The notes under the pieces: generated by a model
Told to the model about the DNA's origin: nothing
What the model saw: the letters and a program-made list of their open reading frames with translations, nothing else
Database searches by the model: none
Assembly (NCBI GenBank): GCA_030602715.1
Contig: JAUVZD010000001.1
Coordinates: 270,213-334,212, forward strand
Length of the DNA stretch: 64,000 nucleotides
DNA from: Candidatus Coatesbacteria bacterium
GTDB taxonomy: Bacteria; RBG-13-66-14; B26-G2; JAUVZD01
Direction of reading: 5' to 3'
Shown here: one piece after another, positions 8,892 to 18,143 of the stretch
Layout: each line of letters begins with the position of its first letter
How positions within the stretch are numbered: the stretch's first letter is position 1
Position numbers and translations under genes: made by a program

Positions 8892-10760
8892 TCAAACCAT
8901 ATATCTCTCCCGCCACATCTGGAGAAAGAGCAGAATCCACAGACGATGATAATGGTCCCTCTTCCCCGACCTGTGCTCGGCGACCAATCTTCGCACTCCC
9001 ACCGGTTTCAGAATATCATCCTCCGTAAGTCTTTGCTCGCCGAGATACCGCTCCAGGACGGGCGCCAGTTCCCCCCTAAACCAATCTCCCAGAGGAACCG
9101 CGAAGCCCCTCTTGGGGCGCTCAAAGAGCTCCCTGGGTAGATAGCGTTGGAGCAGACGGCGCAGAAGCAGCTTAGTTTTATTCCCCCTGACTTTCCATTT
9201 CAGCGGAAGCCGAAAAGCGCTCTCCACCACCCGATGGTCCAAGAGGGGAACCCGCACCTCAAGTGAATGAGCCATACTAGCCCTATCCACCTTGACCAGC
9301 AGGTCATCTACCAAATAACTGCTCAGGTCCAAAAGCATCGCCGCTTCCCGCGGGTCCCGTTCCTTCAGTGTGGCACGCATTCGCTCTTCATATTCCGCCC
9401 CGTTCCTCTCCCCCTCAACCAACCATTCCTCACGGAGTATGTCCCCCAAGAAGCGTCTGTCAAATATGGATATCGCTCGCAGGTAAGTCTCTGCCAGATC
9501 ATCCTCATCCTCCAGTCGGCGCAGGCTCTCCCCCCAGGAATCCCGCAAAAGCCCCAGAACCACCCGCAAAGAGCTCATCAGAGGTGACGGTAGGTTCCGA
9601 AATCTCGCCATCCTCCCCAGCCATCTGTAGCGGTCGTAGCCACAGAAGAGCTCGTCCCCTCCGTCGCCGGAGAGGGCAACGGTAACATACCCCCTGGTCA
9701 TCTTGGAGAGCAAGAAGGTGGGTATCGCCGAAGGGTCACCGAAAGGCTCATCATAATAATCCATAAGCAACGGTATCGCTGACAACAGGTCCCGGGGACC
9801 GACATACTGCTCGGTATGCTCACAGCCGAGATGGTGGGCTACCCTTTTAGCAAAGGGCGCCTCATTGTAGGCGGGGTCCTCAAAGCCGATGGTGAATGTC
9901 CTTGGAGGAGACCCTCCCTGCTCAGCCATCAGCGCCACCACCAGGCTGGAGTCTATCCCCCCGGAGAGGAAACTGCCCAGAGGGACATCGCTCACCAAGC
10001 GATCCCTGACCGCCTGACGCAGAATCCGCAGAAACTCCTCCTCAACATCTGCATCGCTCCCCTCCCCCCACTTCACACCGGCTTCACCGATATGCCAATA
10101 CCGCTCCTCCACCAACTCCTTTCCATCAAAGCGAAGGATGGAGCCGGGGGGAAGCTTGCGCACCGACTTGAAGATGGAATGCGGTGCGGGAACATACTGG
10201 AAACGAAGGTAAGCAAGCAGTGCCTGCGGTGAGAGTTCTTTGGAGAACCGGGGTAAGTCAATCAGGGATTTTATCTCCGAGCCGAAAGCTAGGAAACCGG
10301 GGTCGGACAGATAATATAACGGCTTTATTCCCAGCCGGTCTCGGACTAAGTATAACGACCCTTCATCCTCATCCCACAGGGCGAGGGCGAACATACCCAC
10401 AAAACGGTTCACACAACCAATCCCCCACTGCATATAGGCTTTCAGAGCCACCTCGGTATCCGACCGACTCCGAAAACTATGCCCCAACCCCTCAAGTTCC
10501 TCCCTGATCTCCCGGAAATTATAGACCTCGCCGTTATAAGTTATCGCCACACCACCGTCTGAGGAGAGCATGGGGGCGTTCCCGCTCGGTGATGTATCTA
10601 TGACCGCCAGCCGAGCTTGAGCCAAACCCACGGTATGGTCATCGTTTAACCACACGCCTTCGTGGTCCGGTCCCCGGTGGCGGAGGGTGGAGACCATTTT
10701 CTCCAGCGTCCGCAGATCAATCCCACCCGAGAGGGAGAACATCCCCGCTATTCCGCACAT
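8892..10760 (-). CDS. asnB: Asparagine synthase (glutamine-hydrolysing)
   Basis: N-terminal MCGIAGMFS (Ntn Cys2), GMFALALWDED, SGGIDSS PP-loop-type motif. Confidence 0.9.
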   Translation of the reverse strand: MCGIAGMFSLSGGIDLRTLEKMVSTLRHRGPDHEGVWLNDDHTVGLAQARLAVIDTSPSGNAPMLSSDGGVAITYNGEVYNFREIREELEGLGHSFRSRSDTEVALKAYMQWGIGCVNRFVGMFALALWDEDEGSLYLVRDRLGIKPLYYLSDPGFLAFGSEIKSLIDLPRFSKELSPQALLAYLRFQYVPAPHSIFKSVRKLPPGSILRFDGKELVEERYWHIGEAGVKWGEGSDADVEEEFLRILRQAVRDRLVSDVPLGSFLSGGIDSSLVVALMAEQGGSPPRTFTIGFEDPAYNEAPFAKRVAHHLGCEHTEQYVGPRDLLSAIPLLMDYYDEPFGDPSAIPTFLLSKMTRGYVTVALSGDGGDELFCGYDRYRWLGRMARFRNLPSPLMSSLRVVLGLLRDSWGESLRRLEDEDDLAETYLRAISIFDRRFLGDILREEWLVEGERNGAEYEERMRATLKERDPREAAMLLDLSSYLVDDLLVKVDRASMAHSLEVRVPLLDHRVVESAFRLPLKWKVRGNKTKLLLRRLLQRYLPRELFERPKRGFAVPLGDWFRGELAPVLERYLGEQRLTEDDILKPVGVRRLVAEHRSGKRDHYHRLWILLFLQMWRERYMV

Positions 10761-10775
10761 ACAATCACCCCATCC

Positions 10776-13340
10776 TCATTTTTTCTTTGGGGGCATGACC
10801 CCATCGGTGGGCTTCATTGGAATGCTATTGTTGTTGGTGGAGTTGGGTATAGTAATTTCCTCCTGTTCCAGCTCCTGCTCTTCCTCCTCCTTTGCCACCA
10901 GAAGCATGTAGAAAGTCTTGTTCTTGAATATCGCCTCCCGATCCCGCATCAGCCCGGGGAGATTGGCGGCGACATTGTGGCAGTAGCCGATGACTTCCCG
11001 GTCCAGCTTCATCAGCGCCGCCTCCTCCCAGCTTATCCCCTCCACCTTCTTGTGCCAATATGGTCCCAGCCACTTTATCAGCTTGTTAAAACGTTCCCTG
11101 CCCTCTACGGTTGACTCCAATGGAAATTTGTAATCCCCGATTATGTGAGCCACCAAATCCTCACGAAACTTTTTCAGATAGAGTTCCATATCTCCGTCGC
11201 ATTCGCCGAAGAACAGCTCCACAGACTCGTTTTCCTCCGTCTCGGGGTGGTCGTAGAGATAGATTATCATCACCCGGGTGGCTTCCGGACCGGCGTTGTA
11301 GGAAGAGCCGGCCAGCTTCGCCCGCCTTAAAAGCCCCTTCTTGCTGGTGGCATCCAGCATTCCCCCCAGCTTCATCTCCTGGCGAAATCGTTCATCAAAA
11401 CGAGAGCCCCCGCAGTTATCAAACATCTCCTTCAAAAACTGCGCCGCCATCTCTATGTTACAACGGTTTATGTTGCGTAAAAAGTAGCGCTCCTTAAAAG
11501 TCCAATCACCCAGCCGCCTGGATACCAGTTCCTCGCCGTCCCAGAAGGTCATCACATAGTGGGTTGCGCCTATCACATCCGCGGTCATCTGCATATAGCC
11601 GGTAGCCGAGCCCCGTCCCTTACCCGCCCGGTATATGCGCCCACTGCCGGAGATGTGTGCCAAGCCGGACTCCTGGTAGCCAACGGCTATCAGCAGGCTG
11701 ACGAAGGCGTCATCGGAGATATCGTAGATTACCCCCTCCTGCAGACCTCCGGATGAGGGCTGGGGGGTGTAGTTACGGCGGGAGTTGGCACGCCTGCCGA
11801 TCTCCTCAAAGAGATGATAGAGGCTGTAATGGGGATTCTCGGCGTCATAGGCGGGCAGATTGTCCAGGTCCTTGAGGGTGATGGGCACCGGCACCTTGGG
11901 CACATCAAAGGTGGTGTTGAGGATTGCCTCTAAGGTATCGCCGGCGATTATATAGGAGAGTTCTTCTTTCGTGGGCTCATAGTTATATTCCGGAGGAAGG
12001 TTGTCAAAGCGGAGGAGTATCTCCCGCTCCTTTTTCGCATCCACGGAGAAAGTGGACTGATACCACTCCACCATCTCCGCCATATCATCGTCATATACGC
12101 TGGTTATCTCCACCAGCTCCGGAAAATTCACTCCCTTACCCGCCTCATAAAACTCCCAGTAAGCCCCCCGGATTAAATTGAGTGTCCTCTGCAGGGAGCC
12201 GATGCAGGCGGGAGCCACCTCCCCGAAGGGCAACCAGGGACCACGAGTGCCGTAATATAGAAAGTCGTCGCCCTCACCCTTCTGCCGGGTGTAGATGCCG
12301 TCTATACCGTCGGGAAAGGACTGAATCTGCTTTATCCCCCGGCTGGTGTCATAGGGAAAGCCGACGCTGCCATCCCCGAGATGGCGACCTATCAGTTTGG
12401 GGAAGGTGCCGGACATAGCATGGGTTACCGCTATCTCCATCTCCTGTCTGTCGGGGTTGGGTGGAAATGCCAGAAACTCCTCCCCCTCCCGTTCAAAGAC
12501 CAGCAGCGCTGTATATTCCCCCGGCGGAAGAGGACGGGGCGAGCCGAATCTTCCCACATTGCCCCAGCCATACCAGACAAATTCACCCACCGCTTCCTTG
12601 GACAGAGCGTGCGGGTAACCCTCCCGATAACCTATCTCCCCCCGACTGCTCACCTCAAAGACCAGCTCGCCGTCTGAATCGTAGACGCGCAGGTGGATAT
12701 CATCCCTCCCGGCGGGCACCGGATCCAAGGTGTAGCCCACCACCACCTCCTGAGAGACATAGTCGGCATCCTGCACAATCCATGAGCGGAAATCAGCCTC
12801 CTCCAGGACGGCGTAGATTTTTCCGGAATTGTCCAGATACTGCACTCCCAATAGGGAGATAATTCCCCCTCCGTCCACCAGACTGACCTCCACGCTCTCC
12901 CCCCGACCGGGGATATAATAAATATATAGATGTTCCTGGGGATAAGCTATATCCGGCTCGTGAATCTCCCCCTGGATGGAGACGATGGGGTTCTTGATGT
13001 TGAACTGCTCCCCAAAGCCGGTGTATAGAGCATCGCTCTTTCCGTTCAAGGAGAAGGCTACTGTGCCCTTAACCACCAATTTGTAGAGATGACCGCTTGA
13101 CAAGGGGGAAGTGATCATCGGTAATCCGCTTCCCGGAACCGCCAGGTATCGCCCCGGCTCGCTTCCGACGGGGAGCAGAACCGCAAGAAAGATGACCAGC
13201 AAAGCGGAAATAAGACAGATCAGTGGTGGGAAGAAGGGGCGGCGGACATTGACAGCCTCCCGCAAGGAGGGGCGGGGAAGCGAGGGAGCGATCGGTGCGG
13301 AAAGCTCATTCCTTGCGTAAATCTCAGAGCTGATATTCAT
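10776..13340 (-). CDS. Membrane-anchored protein with C-terminal family-1 lytic transglycosylase (Slt-like) domain and a large N-terminal domain of unknown function
   Basis: All three Slt motifs are present: GYQESGLAHIS (E-S), GYMQM (GLMQ-like), SSYNAGPEA (AYNAG). Hydrophobic anchor LICLISALLVIFLAVLL. Acidic C-terminal tail (EEEEQELEQEE). Start set to ATG 13340 (MNISSEIY), 1 nt from the glgC stop; the ORF track extends to 13379. Confidence 0.65.
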   Translation of the reverse strand: MNISSEIYARNELSAPIAPSLPRPSLREAVNVRRPFFPPLICLISALLVIFLAVLLPVGSEPGRYLAVPGSGLPMITSPLSSGHLYKLVVKGTVAFSLNGKSDALYTGFGEQFNIKNPIVSIQGEIHEPDIAYPQEHLYIYYIPGRGESVEVSLVDGGGIISLLGVQYLDNSGKIYAVLEEADFRSWIVQDADYVSQEVVVGYTLDPVPAGRDDIHLRVYDSDGELVFEVSSRGEIGYREGYPHALSKEAVGEFVWYGWGNVGRFGSPRPLPPGEYTALLVFEREGEEFLAFPPNPDRQEMEIAVTHAMSGTFPKLIGRHLGDGSVGFPYDTSRGIKQIQSFPDGIDGIYTRQKGEGDDFLYYGTRGPWLPFGEVAPACIGSLQRTLNLIRGAYWEFYEAGKGVNFPELVEITSVYDDDMAEMVEWYQSTFSVDAKKEREILLRFDNLPPEYNYEPTKEELSYIIAGDTLEAILNTTFDVPKVPVPITLKDLDNLPAYDAENPHYSLYHLFEEIGRRANSRRNYTPQPSSGGLQEGVIYDISDDAFVSLLIAVGYQESGLAHISGSGRIYRAGKGRGSATGYMQMTADVIGATHYVMTFWDGEELVSRRLGDWTFKERYFLRNINRCNIEMAAQFLKEMFDNCGGSRFDERFRQEMKLGGMLDATSKKGLLRRAKLAGSSYNAGPEATRVMIIYLYDHPETEENESVELFFGECDGDMELYLKKFREDLVAHIIGDYKFPLESTVEGRERFNKLIKWLGPYWHKKVEGISWEEAALMKLDREVIGYCHNVAANLPGLMRDREAIFKNKTFYMLLVAKEEEEQELEQEEITIPNSTNNNSIPMKPTDGVMPPKKK

Positions 13341-13341
13341 A

Positions 13342-14679
13342 TCAGGGGTCTTCACCGGATACCGTCCTTTTGAGCACATTCTCCCCGCTTTTCAGAGTCC
13401 GCATCTGACCGTAATCCTCCTCGGCTATATCCGAGCCGATCAGACAGTTTCTCCCGATGACCATTTGGGGAGGAACCGCGCTGTTTTTGCCGATGACCGA
13501 GAGACCGGTGTTCAGCAGGTCGGGAAACTCCCTGTTGGGGATGTCGTCCGCCCCCAGCCCGATACGCACCCCCTCACCGAGGACCACCCTCTTGTCCATA
13601 ATAACCCGGTCCAGAATACAGTCTCTCTGCACCAGGCAGTCGTCCATTATAATGGATGAGATTACCACGCTGTTCTGGTGGACGATGGTGCCGGGGAAGA
13701 TGACCGAATCTACCACCCGCCCGTTGACGATACAGCCTGCGGACAACATACTGTTGTGAACGGAGGCATATTTCCCCAGTTTCACGGGCGGGGGTCCTGT
13801 GCTGGCGGTGAAGATGGGCCAATCCCTGTCGTAGAGGTTCAGCTTGGGCTCGGCGCCCAGGAGGTCCATATTAGCCTCCCAGTATGATTGCAGGGTACCC
13901 ACATCCCGCCAATACCCCTCGTAACGATAGGCATAGAGTTGAGCCCCCCTGCGCAACAGTATGGGGATAATATCTTTACCGAAGTCGTGGCTGGTTCGTT
14001 TTCGGCGGGCGTTTCGCTGTAGTGCATCCAGCAGGACTTTCTTCTTGAATAAATAGACCCCCATTGAAGCCAGGTTGCTCTCGGCTTTCCTGGGCTTCTC
14101 CTTAAAACCAGTTATCCGCCCCTTCTTATCGGTAAAAATTATTCCAAAACGGGAGACATCCTCCGGGGCAACCGGCAGAGCGGAGATGGTTAAGTCGGCA
14201 TCGGTCTTTTTTGCGAAATGGTATAATAAACGGTAGTCCATTTTGTATATGTGGTCGCCGGACAGGACTAGGATATAATTGAAATGACGGGTGGCGATGT
14301 AGCGCCGATTCTGGTAGATGGCGTCTGCGGTTCCCCGATACCAGCCACCGCCCTCGGACATCAACTGCGGCTGAAGGAGCTCCACGCCTCCGCGCCGGCG
14401 GTCCAGGTCCCAGGCTTTGCCGGTAGCGATGTGCTCCATAAGCGAGCGGGGGCGATACTGGGTGAGGACGGCGATGTTATCTATCTGGGAGTTTACGCAG
14501 TTGGACAGGCTGAAGTCAATTATGCGAAACTTCCCCCCAAATGGAACCGAGGGCTTTGCCCGCTTGTCGGATAGCACCGAAAGGCGCGCACCAACCCCTC
14601 CGGCAAGTATCACTGCCAGGACATCATCCACAGTTGAATACCTCATAGATACCTTCGGGAAAATAGTAACATAAGCCAA
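13342..14679 (-). CDS. glgC: Glucose-1-phosphate adenylyltransferase
   Basis: AVILAGGVGARLSVLSDKRAKPSVPFGGKFRIIDFSLSNCVNS, VLSGDHIYKMDY, LASMGVYLF are GlgC hallmarks. Alternative start MRYSTVDD at 14646. Confidence 0.9.
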   Translation of the reverse strand: MAYVTIFPKVSMRYSTVDDVLAVILAGGVGARLSVLSDKRAKPSVPFGGKFRIIDFSLSNCVNSQIDNIAVLTQYRPRSLMEHIATGKAWDLDRRRGGVELLQPQLMSEGGGWYRGTADAIYQNRRYIATRHFNYILVLSGDHIYKMDYRLLYHFAKKTDADLTISALPVAPEDVSRFGIIFTDKKGRITGFKEKPRKAESNLASMGVYLFKKKVLLDALQRNARRKRTSHDFGKDIIPILLRRGAQLYAYRYEGYWRDVGTLQSYWEANMDLLGAEPKLNLYDRDWPIFTASTGPPPVKLGKYASVHNSMLSAGCIVNGRVVDSVIFPGTIVHQNSVVISSIIMDDCLVQRDCILDRVIMDKRVVLGEGVRIGLGADDIPNREFPDLLNTGLSVIGKNSAVPPQMVIGRNCLIGSDIAEEDYGQMRTLKSGENVLKRTVSGEDP

Positions 14680-14770
14680 CCGGTTATAAAAGAGCTTCCC
14701 GGAAGATTCCAGCTCTCTTGGTTATATTCGCTTTTAACAAATGGGAAAGGGCTATCAACTATTTTTTTTC

Positions 14771-14799
14771 TTGATTTCTCGTATTTTGGAATATAAAAT
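14771..14799 (+). promoter_or_regulatory. Sigma-70-like promoter TTGATT-17-TAAAAT upstream of paralog 1
   Basis: TTGATT 14771-14776, 17-nt spacer, TAAAAT 14794-14799, in the AT-rich glgC/paralog-1 divergent intergenic region. Confidence 0.45.
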
Positions 14800-14874
14800 A
14801 TTGATACAGATTTCATTAATGAAACTGTGATTCGTTCACCAACTACTTAAATTTCTTCCACCAATTCCCAGGTT

Positions 14875-15393
14875 ATGTGCATACGGAGCCGCTGCCACCG
14901 CATCACAATAATGTTCGCTTTCCTGGTAATCCTCTCTACCTTCTCGGTCGGTTGCGATTTTTTCTACAGAAAACAGAAAGCCATTGACCACTATGACCGC
15001 ATAAGTGAGATAGTCAACCGAGTAAACCAGAAAGTGATGCGATTGTATGCGCTCCATGATGCCCTGACCCAGAATAGTATCTCCCTGCAGGACGCCCGCT
15101 ATGAGATAGCAAGCCTCCAGCAGGAATTCAGCGCCGACAAACAGGCATATCTGAACGAATCTCCACCCAAAGACCTTAGAGACGAATACGCCCTCCTCGG
15201 TCAGTGGTTTGATGCGGTGGAAATATCCTTTACCAACTTCATCTATGTCATTGATACCGCAGGAACACAATATGAGGATAAATACTACAACTACCTGATA
15301 GATGCCCTCAATCAACAGGAAGAACTCAACGTCCAATCATACAAAGCCTATCAAAACAAGCTGAGCGAGTTGGGCTTCTATGTTGATGACTAA
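14875..15393 (+). CDS. Paralogous secreted lipoprotein family, member 1 (unknown function)
   Basis: Lipobox FSVGC. Shares the family core with members 2-5: DHY..ISEIV, LYALHDAL, ISLQDAR, PPKDLRDEY, WFD...F..FIYVI, AYQNKLSELGFYV. Likely true start at ATG 14911 (MFAFLVIL). Confidence 0.6.
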   Translation: MCIRSRCHRITIMFAFLVILSTFSVGCDFFYRKQKAIDHYDRISEIVNRVNQKVMRLYALHDALTQNSISLQDARYEIASLQQEFSADKQAYLNESPPKDLRDEYALLGQWFDAVEISFTNFIYVIDTAGTQYEDKYYNYLIDALNQQEELNVQSYKAYQNKLSELGFYVDD

Positions 15394-15470
15394 TCCCCTT
15401 AAAAGGACCATTTCCAATCACTAGAGTTTAACAGTCCTCTACAACTTCATAAATTTAGAAAGGAGAAAAC

Positions 15471-15968
15471 TTGAAGAAGGCACTACTACTATGCACGGTG
15501 GCCGTCTCCATTCTGGCACTGATCGGTTGTTGGAAGAGCGCCTCCGACCAGGCGGAAGAACACTACGAGGCTCTGCGCCCCGTCATTGAAGGAGCCACCG
15601 AAGTTCTGGACGAGATGTATGCCATTGATGAGCAGTTGGGCACCGGCACAATCACCTCCCATGCCGCCCGCAATCGGGTCAACCAGCTGAAAGTAAAATT
15701 CCTATCCCTGAAGGGACAGCTCCCTTCAATCAAAGTGCCCAAGGACTTTGAGGATGAGTTCCAGCTGGTGAACAATTGGATGGACCAGGGCGAAAAGACC
15801 TTTGACTTTATGCTTGTGTCCATTGAGAAGGAGGCCGCCAGCATTGCGGAGTTTGACAGAGCCCTGAACGATTTCTATTCCGCTTGGGACAAAGAGACCA
15901 TGATGTATGATTTGATGGATGAAGCCTATAACAAGCAGATGACTGAGAAGGGCGTGGAACTCTACTAA
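15471..15968 (+). CDS. Paralogous secreted lipoprotein family, member 2 (unknown function)
   Basis: TTG start with RBS aaaggag; lipobox LIGC. EEHYEALRPVIEGATEVLDEMYAIDEQLGTGTIT, VPKDFEDEF, NWMDQGEKTFDFMLVSIEKE, FYSAWD, AYNKQM..GVELY. Confidence 0.7.
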   Translation: MKKALLLCTVAVSILALIGCWKSASDQAEEHYEALRPVIEGATEVLDEMYAIDEQLGTGTITSHAARNRVNQLKVKFLSLKGQLPSIKVPKDFEDEFQLVNNWMDQGEKTFDFMLVSIEKEAASIAEFDRALNDFYSAWDKETMMYDLMDEAYNKQMTEKGVELY

Positions 15969-15982
15969 TCTCAAAAAAGACC

Positions 15983-16010
15983 GAAAGCCCCCCTTCTTTG
16001 GGGGGCTTTC
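15983..16010 (+). terminator. Rho-independent terminator-like hairpin after paralog 2
   Basis: gaaagcccccc-ttcttt-ggggggctttc, a perfect 11-bp GC-rich stem 15 nt after the stop. Confidence 0.6.
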
Positions 16011-16036
16011 CATTAAAACCGAATAATATAAAAACA

Positions 16037-16065
16037 TTGATTTCATCACTTAATCATATTATTGT
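16037..16065 (+). promoter_or_regulatory. Sigma-70-like promoter TTGATT-17-TATTGT upstream of paralog 3
   Basis: TTGATT 16037-16042, 17-nt spacer, TATTGT 16060-16065. Confidence 0.4.
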
Positions 16066-16107
16066 GCTAAAGCAGGTCAAGAAAATTCCACTTTTAAAGG
16101 ATGGGAT

Positions 16108-16635
16108 ATGAACAAGCTCACAACCTTCATCTCCGCCCTGGTCTTAACCATTATGGTGATAGTCGCAAGCCCACTCAAGGCGTCGGGCGAGGATGGTGGC
16201 AAGAGTCCAGCAGACCAAGCCAGGGAGCATTATGAGGTTCTAACCTCCATCGTTGAAGGAGCCATCGCCGCTCTTGACGGCATGTATGCCCTTGACGAAA
16301 CGTTGGCTGATGGCACCGTTACTTTGGAATCAGCCAGATCCAAAACCATAGAGCTGAAGGAGGAGTTTCTGTCCCGGAGGGCGGAGCTTGATCACATTGA
16401 TGTGCCAGAGGACTTTGTGGAAGTGTTCAACATGTTGCTCAACTGGATGAATCAAGCCGAAAAGACCTTTGACCTTATGCTGGTAACCATTGAGAAAGAG
16501 ACCGCCGAAGCTGAGGAGTTTGATAAAGCCCTGGACGATTTCTACTCCGCCTGGGATTTGGAAATTCAGATGTATGATGAGATGACCGAAGCCTATGTCC
16601 AGCAGATGGTTGAGTTTGGCTTGGACCTCTACTGA
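16108..16635 (+). CDS. Paralogous secreted protein family, member 3 (unknown function)
   Basis: Signal peptide without Cys (SPase I type). REHYEVLTSIVEGAIAALDGMYALDETLADGTVT, VPEDFVEVF, NWMNQAEKTFDLMLVTIEKE, FYSAWD, AYVQQMVEFGLDLY. Closest to member 2. Confidence 0.7.
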   Translation: MNKLTTFISALVLTIMVIVASPLKASGEDGGKSPADQAREHYEVLTSIVEGAIAALDGMYALDETLADGTVTLESARSKTIELKEEFLSRRAELDHIDVPEDFVEVFNMLLNWMNQAEKTFDLMLVTIEKETAEAEEFDKALDDFYSAWDLEIQMYDEMTEAYVQQMVEFGLDLY

Positions 16636-16709
16636 TGACCTTAGTGGACCTCAGCAATGACCCCCCTGAATACAATCTGAAAAAGTATTTTGAAATATGC
16701 AAAAAAATA

Positions 16710-16738
16710 TTGATTAAGCTCCCGAATTGTAGTATTTT
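16710..16738 (+). promoter_or_regulatory. Sigma-70-like promoter TTGATT-17-TATTTT upstream of paralog 4
   Basis: TTGATT 16710-16715, spacer ending in GAATTGTAG, TATTTT 16733-16738. The spacer 3' half (GAATTGTAGTA) recurs in the paralog-5 promoter. Confidence 0.4.
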
Positions 16739-16783
16739 ATTTGCGATCTTTTCAAATTATCCTCATCACAGAAAGGATGCACT

Positions 16784-17371
16784 ATGAAGAAATTTATAAT
16801 TATCTTTTCCGTCCTGCTACTGCTGGTCTCTCTATCGGGCTGTGAGAGGGTCAAGCAGATTTTCGGCAAAGGAGAGATTGAACTTGACCCCGCCACTCAG
16901 GCAGAAGAACATTACAATCAGCTCAAACCACTGGTAGAGAACGCCGGTCAGTGCCTGGACTATCTCTATGAGCTTGACGAACAGCTGAGTGACGGCACAG
17001 TCGCTCTGGACTACGCCCTTCAGCGCACCAATGAGCTGAAACAGAACTACGCCATGCAGAGGGATACCCTCAAAACGGTCAAGGTGCCCGCCGATTTCCA
17101 GAACGAATGGAAGATGACTCAGCAGTGGTTTGACGAAGGATACAGACTATTTGACCTGATGGCAGACACAATCTATAAGGAAAAAGCCGGCGGGGGACCC
17201 CCCTTTGAGAAATCTATGGATGTCTTCTACGCCGCTCAGGACAGAGAGTTTCAATTCTACGAAAATATGACCGCCGCCTATGACGCCAAGATGGAATCGT
17301 ATGGCTTCACAATGGAAGATACACCAGGGGGCGGTGACTTCCCCAAAGCCATACCCAAAGGTGGAAAGTAG
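16784..17371 (+). CDS. Paralogous secreted lipoprotein family, member 4 (unknown function)
   Basis: Lipobox LSGC. EEHYNQLKPLVENAGQCLDYLYELDEQLSDGTVA, VPADFQNEW, QWFDEGYRLFDLMADTI, FYAAQD, AYDAKMESYGF. Gly-rich C-terminal extension. Confidence 0.7.
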   Translation: MKKFIIIFSVLLLLVSLSGCERVKQIFGKGEIELDPATQAEEHYNQLKPLVENAGQCLDYLYELDEQLSDGTVALDYALQRTNELKQNYAMQRDTLKTVKVPADFQNEWKMTQQWFDEGYRLFDLMADTIYKEKAGGGPPFEKSMDVFYAAQDREFQFYENMTAAYDAKMESYGFTMEDTPGGGDFPKAIPKGGK

Positions 17372-17405
17372 TAGAAGAGTAAAAGCGCCCATCAAAGCAA
17401 CCACG

Positions 17406-17428
17406 AGCCCCCTTTCTCGGGGGCTTTC
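17406..17428 (+). terminator. Rho-independent terminator-like hairpin after paralog 4
   Basis: agccccc-tttctc-gggggct followed by ttc; same stem style as the paralog-2 terminator. Confidence 0.55.
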
Positions 17429-17462
17429 TGCGAAGTTCTTCATCCCAATATCGCTAAAAGGA

Positions 17463-17491
17463 TTGATTGGGCGACTGAATTGTAGTAATCT
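17463..17491 (+). promoter_or_regulatory. Sigma-70-like promoter TTGATT-17-TAATCT upstream of paralog 5
   Basis: TTGATT 17463-17468, spacer ending in GAATTGTAG, TAATCT 17486-17491. Confidence 0.4.
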
Positions 17492-17536
17492 ATCTGCACT
17501 CGCTCTTCAGTTGAAAAATAAGGACCGAACGAGCCA

Positions 17537-18061
17537 ATGACGGTCAAAGGTAATAAAAGGAAATTTGTCATCTGCCTGATGTTCCTGGCAGTGGCTTGGG
17601 CTTCATCGGTAAAAGCCCAGGAAGATGATGCGGTGGAGCTGATGGAGCGGATTACCGCCATCGCCACCCACTACGACCAGGTAACCCCCCTGGTGATGGA
17701 CGCTGTGGAGTTGATGGCAGAGTTATATACATATGAGGAACTGCTCCACTCCGACCCTGCCATCGCCGGTCAATCGGTTAAAGAGATTAAGGACCGTTTG
17801 CAAACCCTGACCTCAGAGATTCATACTATAAGCCCGCCCCCGGAGGCTGAGGATACCTTCAACAAACTGCTCCTCTGGTTTGAGAACCTGGAGGAGGTTA
17901 TTGACCTCTTTCTGGTGACCGCCTCGCCAGACTATTCGTCACCTGTGGAGTATCGTCTCTCCGCCTACCGGGAGTCCAAAGCCTGCGAGGCGAAGCTCTT
18001 CACCGAGGCTAAAGATGCGTATATCCAGCTCCTCGGCGATTACGGCATACCACTGGAATAA
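17537..18061 (+). CDS. Paralogous secreted protein family, member 5 (unknown function, most diverged)
   Basis: Signal peptide (FVICLMFLAVAWASSVKA). Family core is recognisable but diverged: THYDQVTPLVMDAVELMAELY, PPEAEDTFNKLLLWFENLEEVIDLFLV, AYIQLLGDYGIPLE. Confidence 0.6.
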   Translation: MTVKGNKRKFVICLMFLAVAWASSVKAQEDDAVELMERITAIATHYDQVTPLVMDAVELMAELYTYEELLHSDPAIAGQSVKEIKDRLQTLTSEIHTISPPPEAEDTFNKLLLWFENLEEVIDLFLVTASPDYSSPVEYRLSAYRESKACEAKLFTEAKDAYIQLLGDYGIPLE

Positions 18062-18096
18062 TAAGCTCATCCGTTAAGATGTGGCAAAAAAGAAAA

Positions 18097-18118
18097 GGCT
18101 GGGGAGACCACCCCAGCC
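18097..18118. terminator. Bidirectional terminator-like hairpin between the convergent paralog array and nadK
   Basis: ggctgggg-agacca-ccccagcc, a perfect 8-bp stem flanked by an A-tract upstream and T-rich sequence downstream. Confidence 0.55.
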
Positions 18119-18143
18119 ATTTAATCAATCTATGGTTTTTCCC

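Noticed and set aside
11111-12862. Several Pro/Arg-rich plus-strand ORFs (e.g. 11924..12181, 12461..12862)
   Set aside because: Antisense to the lytic transglycosylase gene; composition is the mirror-image bias of a GC-rich coding strand, not real proteins.
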